A stretch of 62,008 nt of DNA, counting the filler, from Sandaracinaceae bacterium (GTDB lineage Bacteria; Myxococcota_A; Polyangia; Polyangiales; JADJQN01): NCBI GenBank assembly GCA_947483975.1. It is 4 parts of 4 records of this genome, joined end to end, with 100 filler letters (N's around TTAATTAATTAA, not from the genome) between each part and the next. Parts side by side here need not be neighbours in the genome. Positions count along the whole stretch, not along the records: positions 46,685 to 62,008 come from CANKOL010000092.1; 3 more parts are not named here. One strand, written 5' to 3'. Below, piece by piece: positions 60,565-62,008 of this stretch. Both the position numbers and the translations under genes were made by a program. Numbering within the stretch: the first letter of the stretch is position 1; every line of letters begins with the position of its first letter. The notes under the pieces are model-generated. The model was not told the origin of the DNA. It saw nothing but the letters and a program-made list of their open reading frames with translations, and searched no databases.

Positions 60565-61374
60565 TCAGCGCACGCCGACGCGGTGGTAGTACGCGCGCCC
60601 GCAGCCGAGGCAGAGCTGCGCGACCGCGGGCAGGAGCGAGAGGTCGCCCTCCGGCACGCCCAGCAGGCGCGCGACGGTGCGCGTCGGCTTGCCGCAGGGG
60701 CAGGCGAACGAGTGGTCGCGCGAGCCGAGGGTCGCGCCGCCGAGAAAGCCTCGCATCCGGCCCGCGTGCAGGCCGACCCCGAGCCCCGCGAGCGGGGGGA
60801 GCGTGGTGCGCGCGCTGCCGGGCGCGCCGTCGTCGAAGGGCACGAGCAGCCCGCCGAACATCGACGGGAGGGTCGTCGGGGGCGTCTCGCGCAGGACGAT
60901 CTGCGCGCCGGCGTCCTCGAGGACGCGCAGCGTCTGCTCGGCGATCGTCGCTGGAATCGCGCGCGCGACGGCCTGACCGAGGATGAGGCGCGCCGGTGCC
61001 TCGCTGCCGAGGCGACCGAGGAGCTCGGCCAAGTGAGCGGGATCGGGGCCAGCATCCTCGAGCAGCACATCGAACGCGAGCGCCGCCGGCGGCTGTCGCG
61101 GCGTGCAGTGTCCCGACGCGAGGACGGCGAGCGCCCCGGCGCACGGCTCGCCCTCGGGCGCCGCGTGACACTCGAAGAGCAGCAGGGTGCGCTCGTCGAG
61201 CGGACCGACGAGGGACGTCAGCGCGAGCGGGATCTGCGCGCGAAAGAGCAGCGGCGCCTCGCAGCACGGGCAGGTCGGCCACGGGGCGTCGTCGGGCAGC
61301 AGCGGGAGCCCGCCCGAGCGTAGCTCGAGCGCCTCCATCTCCACCGCGCTACCGTCGAACCACGCAATGCCCAT
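60565..61374 (-). CDS. YwqG/DUF1963-like Cys-containing protein with an inserted L7/L12-CTD-like segment
   Basis: GGLP.LP….WP.C.CC..PL.F.AQI; second module FLGG…CPCG…CLGC; middle FDVLLEDAG…AEQ..R.LEDAGA.I.L. Alternative start 61434. Confidence 0.5.
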   Translation of the reverse strand: MGIAWFDGSAVEMEALELRSGGLPLLPDDAPWPTCPCCEAPLLFRAQIPLALTSLVGPLDERTLLLFECHAAPEGEPCAGALAVLASGHCTPRQPPAALAFDVLLEDAGPDPAHLAELLGRLGSEAPARLILGQAVARAIPATIAEQTLRVLEDAGAQIVLRETPPTTLPSMFGGLLVPFDDGAPGSARTTLPPLAGLGVGLHAGRMRGFLGGATLGSRDHSFACPCGKPTRTVARLLGVPEGDLSLLPAVAQLCLGCGRAYYHRVGVR

Positions 61375-61466
61375 CGTCGCCCCTCGTGCGTGGGACCGAT
61401 AGAACGGCAGACGCGAGAACCCCTTGAGCACCAAATTGAGACGGGGGCATATCCCGCAGGAGCCAG

Positions 61467-61539
61467 GCTAGCCGCGCACGACGCGGCAACGACGCTAGCC
61501 GCGCACGACGCGGCAACGACGCTAGCCGCGCACGACGCG
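61467..61539. repeat. 27-bp tandem repeat, 2.7 copies, including the stop codon of the adjacent gene
   Basis: GCTAGCCGCGCACGACGCGGCAACGAC at 61467 and 61494 (identical); first 19 nt again at 61521. Confidence 0.92.
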
Positions 61540-62007
61540 CGTCTCGGCCGTCAGGCGGGCGCGCGCGACGCCGGTCTTGTCCTCCGGGGTCAGCGGTCGA
61601 AGCTCGAGCGGGTCGACGCAGAGCAGGTGGCCGCGCGCGGGTTCGTCGAAGCCAGCGTTCTCGTCGCTCGCCTCGCGCTCGAGGCGCATCAGGCGCACCA
61701 GACCCGGCTCACCGCACGCGAAGACCTCGACCTTGCCCTTCGACGGCAGCGCATCACCGACGATACGCAGCGCCACGCTGCTCACCGAACCGCTCGCCGC
61801 GCTCAGCCGCGCGCTCATCGTCCCCGGCGCGAGGCGCAGCACGAGGTACGCATAGCGCAGCCCCTCGAAGCGCAGCCCTGCCCCGCGCGCGACCTCCGCG
61901 ACGGGCCCCGGCAGCGCGAGCGGCAGCGAGGCGTGGCACCAGTCGCGCTCGGCGACGAGCATCGGACACGCGCCGGCGCGCAGGCAGGGCGCCGCGACGA
62001 ACGGCGA
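61522..62007 (-). CDS. Rsm22/METTL17-family small-subunit methyltransferase-like protein, 5' partial
   Basis: VAAPC…..CPM….DWCH, L.YAYLVLR, RIV…L.SKGK….AC. Confidence 0.8.
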   Translation of the reverse strand, partial: SPFVAAPCLRAGACPMLVAERDWCHASLPLALPGPVAEVARGAGLRFEGLRYAYLVLRLAPGTMSARLSAASGSVSSVALRIVGDALPSKGKVEVFACGEPGLVRLMRLEREASDENAGFDEPARGHLLCVDPLELRPLTPEDKTGVARARLTAETRVVRG

Positions 62008-62008
62008 G

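Overview
Very GC-rich DNA that reads as a myxobacterium (Myxococcota, probably Polyangia/Sandaracinaceae-like). This is inferred from the Glt-like TPR cluster, Hanks-type kinases, cysteine-rich repeat lipoproteins and DAG-repeat linkers. The window is four separate contigs (1-15493, 15594-31066, 31167-46584, 46685-62008) joined by artificial 100-nt N44-TTAATTAATTAA-N44 linkers, so adjacency across the gaps means nothing. Contig 1: DUF420, a Thr-type sulfatase-like hydrolase, lipoproteins and DNA repair genes (UvrC-like GIY-YIG nuclease, mfd, addAB-like). Contig 2: an aspartokinase fragment, an orphan RsbR-like STAS protein, and an ECF sigma/anti-sigma pair divergent from a Glt/Nfs-like envelope operon with a degenerate ExbB/TolQ-like gene, then a kinase and a TPR protein. 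Contig 3: a translationally coupled operon of a GT2 synthase fused to a GH2-like hydrolase, a GT-C-like membrane protein and DUF1517 with a Zn ribbon (the best novelty candidate), plus oligopeptidase A, PP2C-cNMP, MOSC and USP. Contig 4: Cys-rich lipoproteins, yeaH/spoVR, a transsulfuration enzyme, MarR, GNAT, a kinase, tcdA, an ArsA/GET3-like ATPase, a YwqG-like protein and Rsm22. I saw no rRNA, tRNA, CRISPR array, transposase or integrase. All family calls come from recognising motifs by eye; no searches were run.
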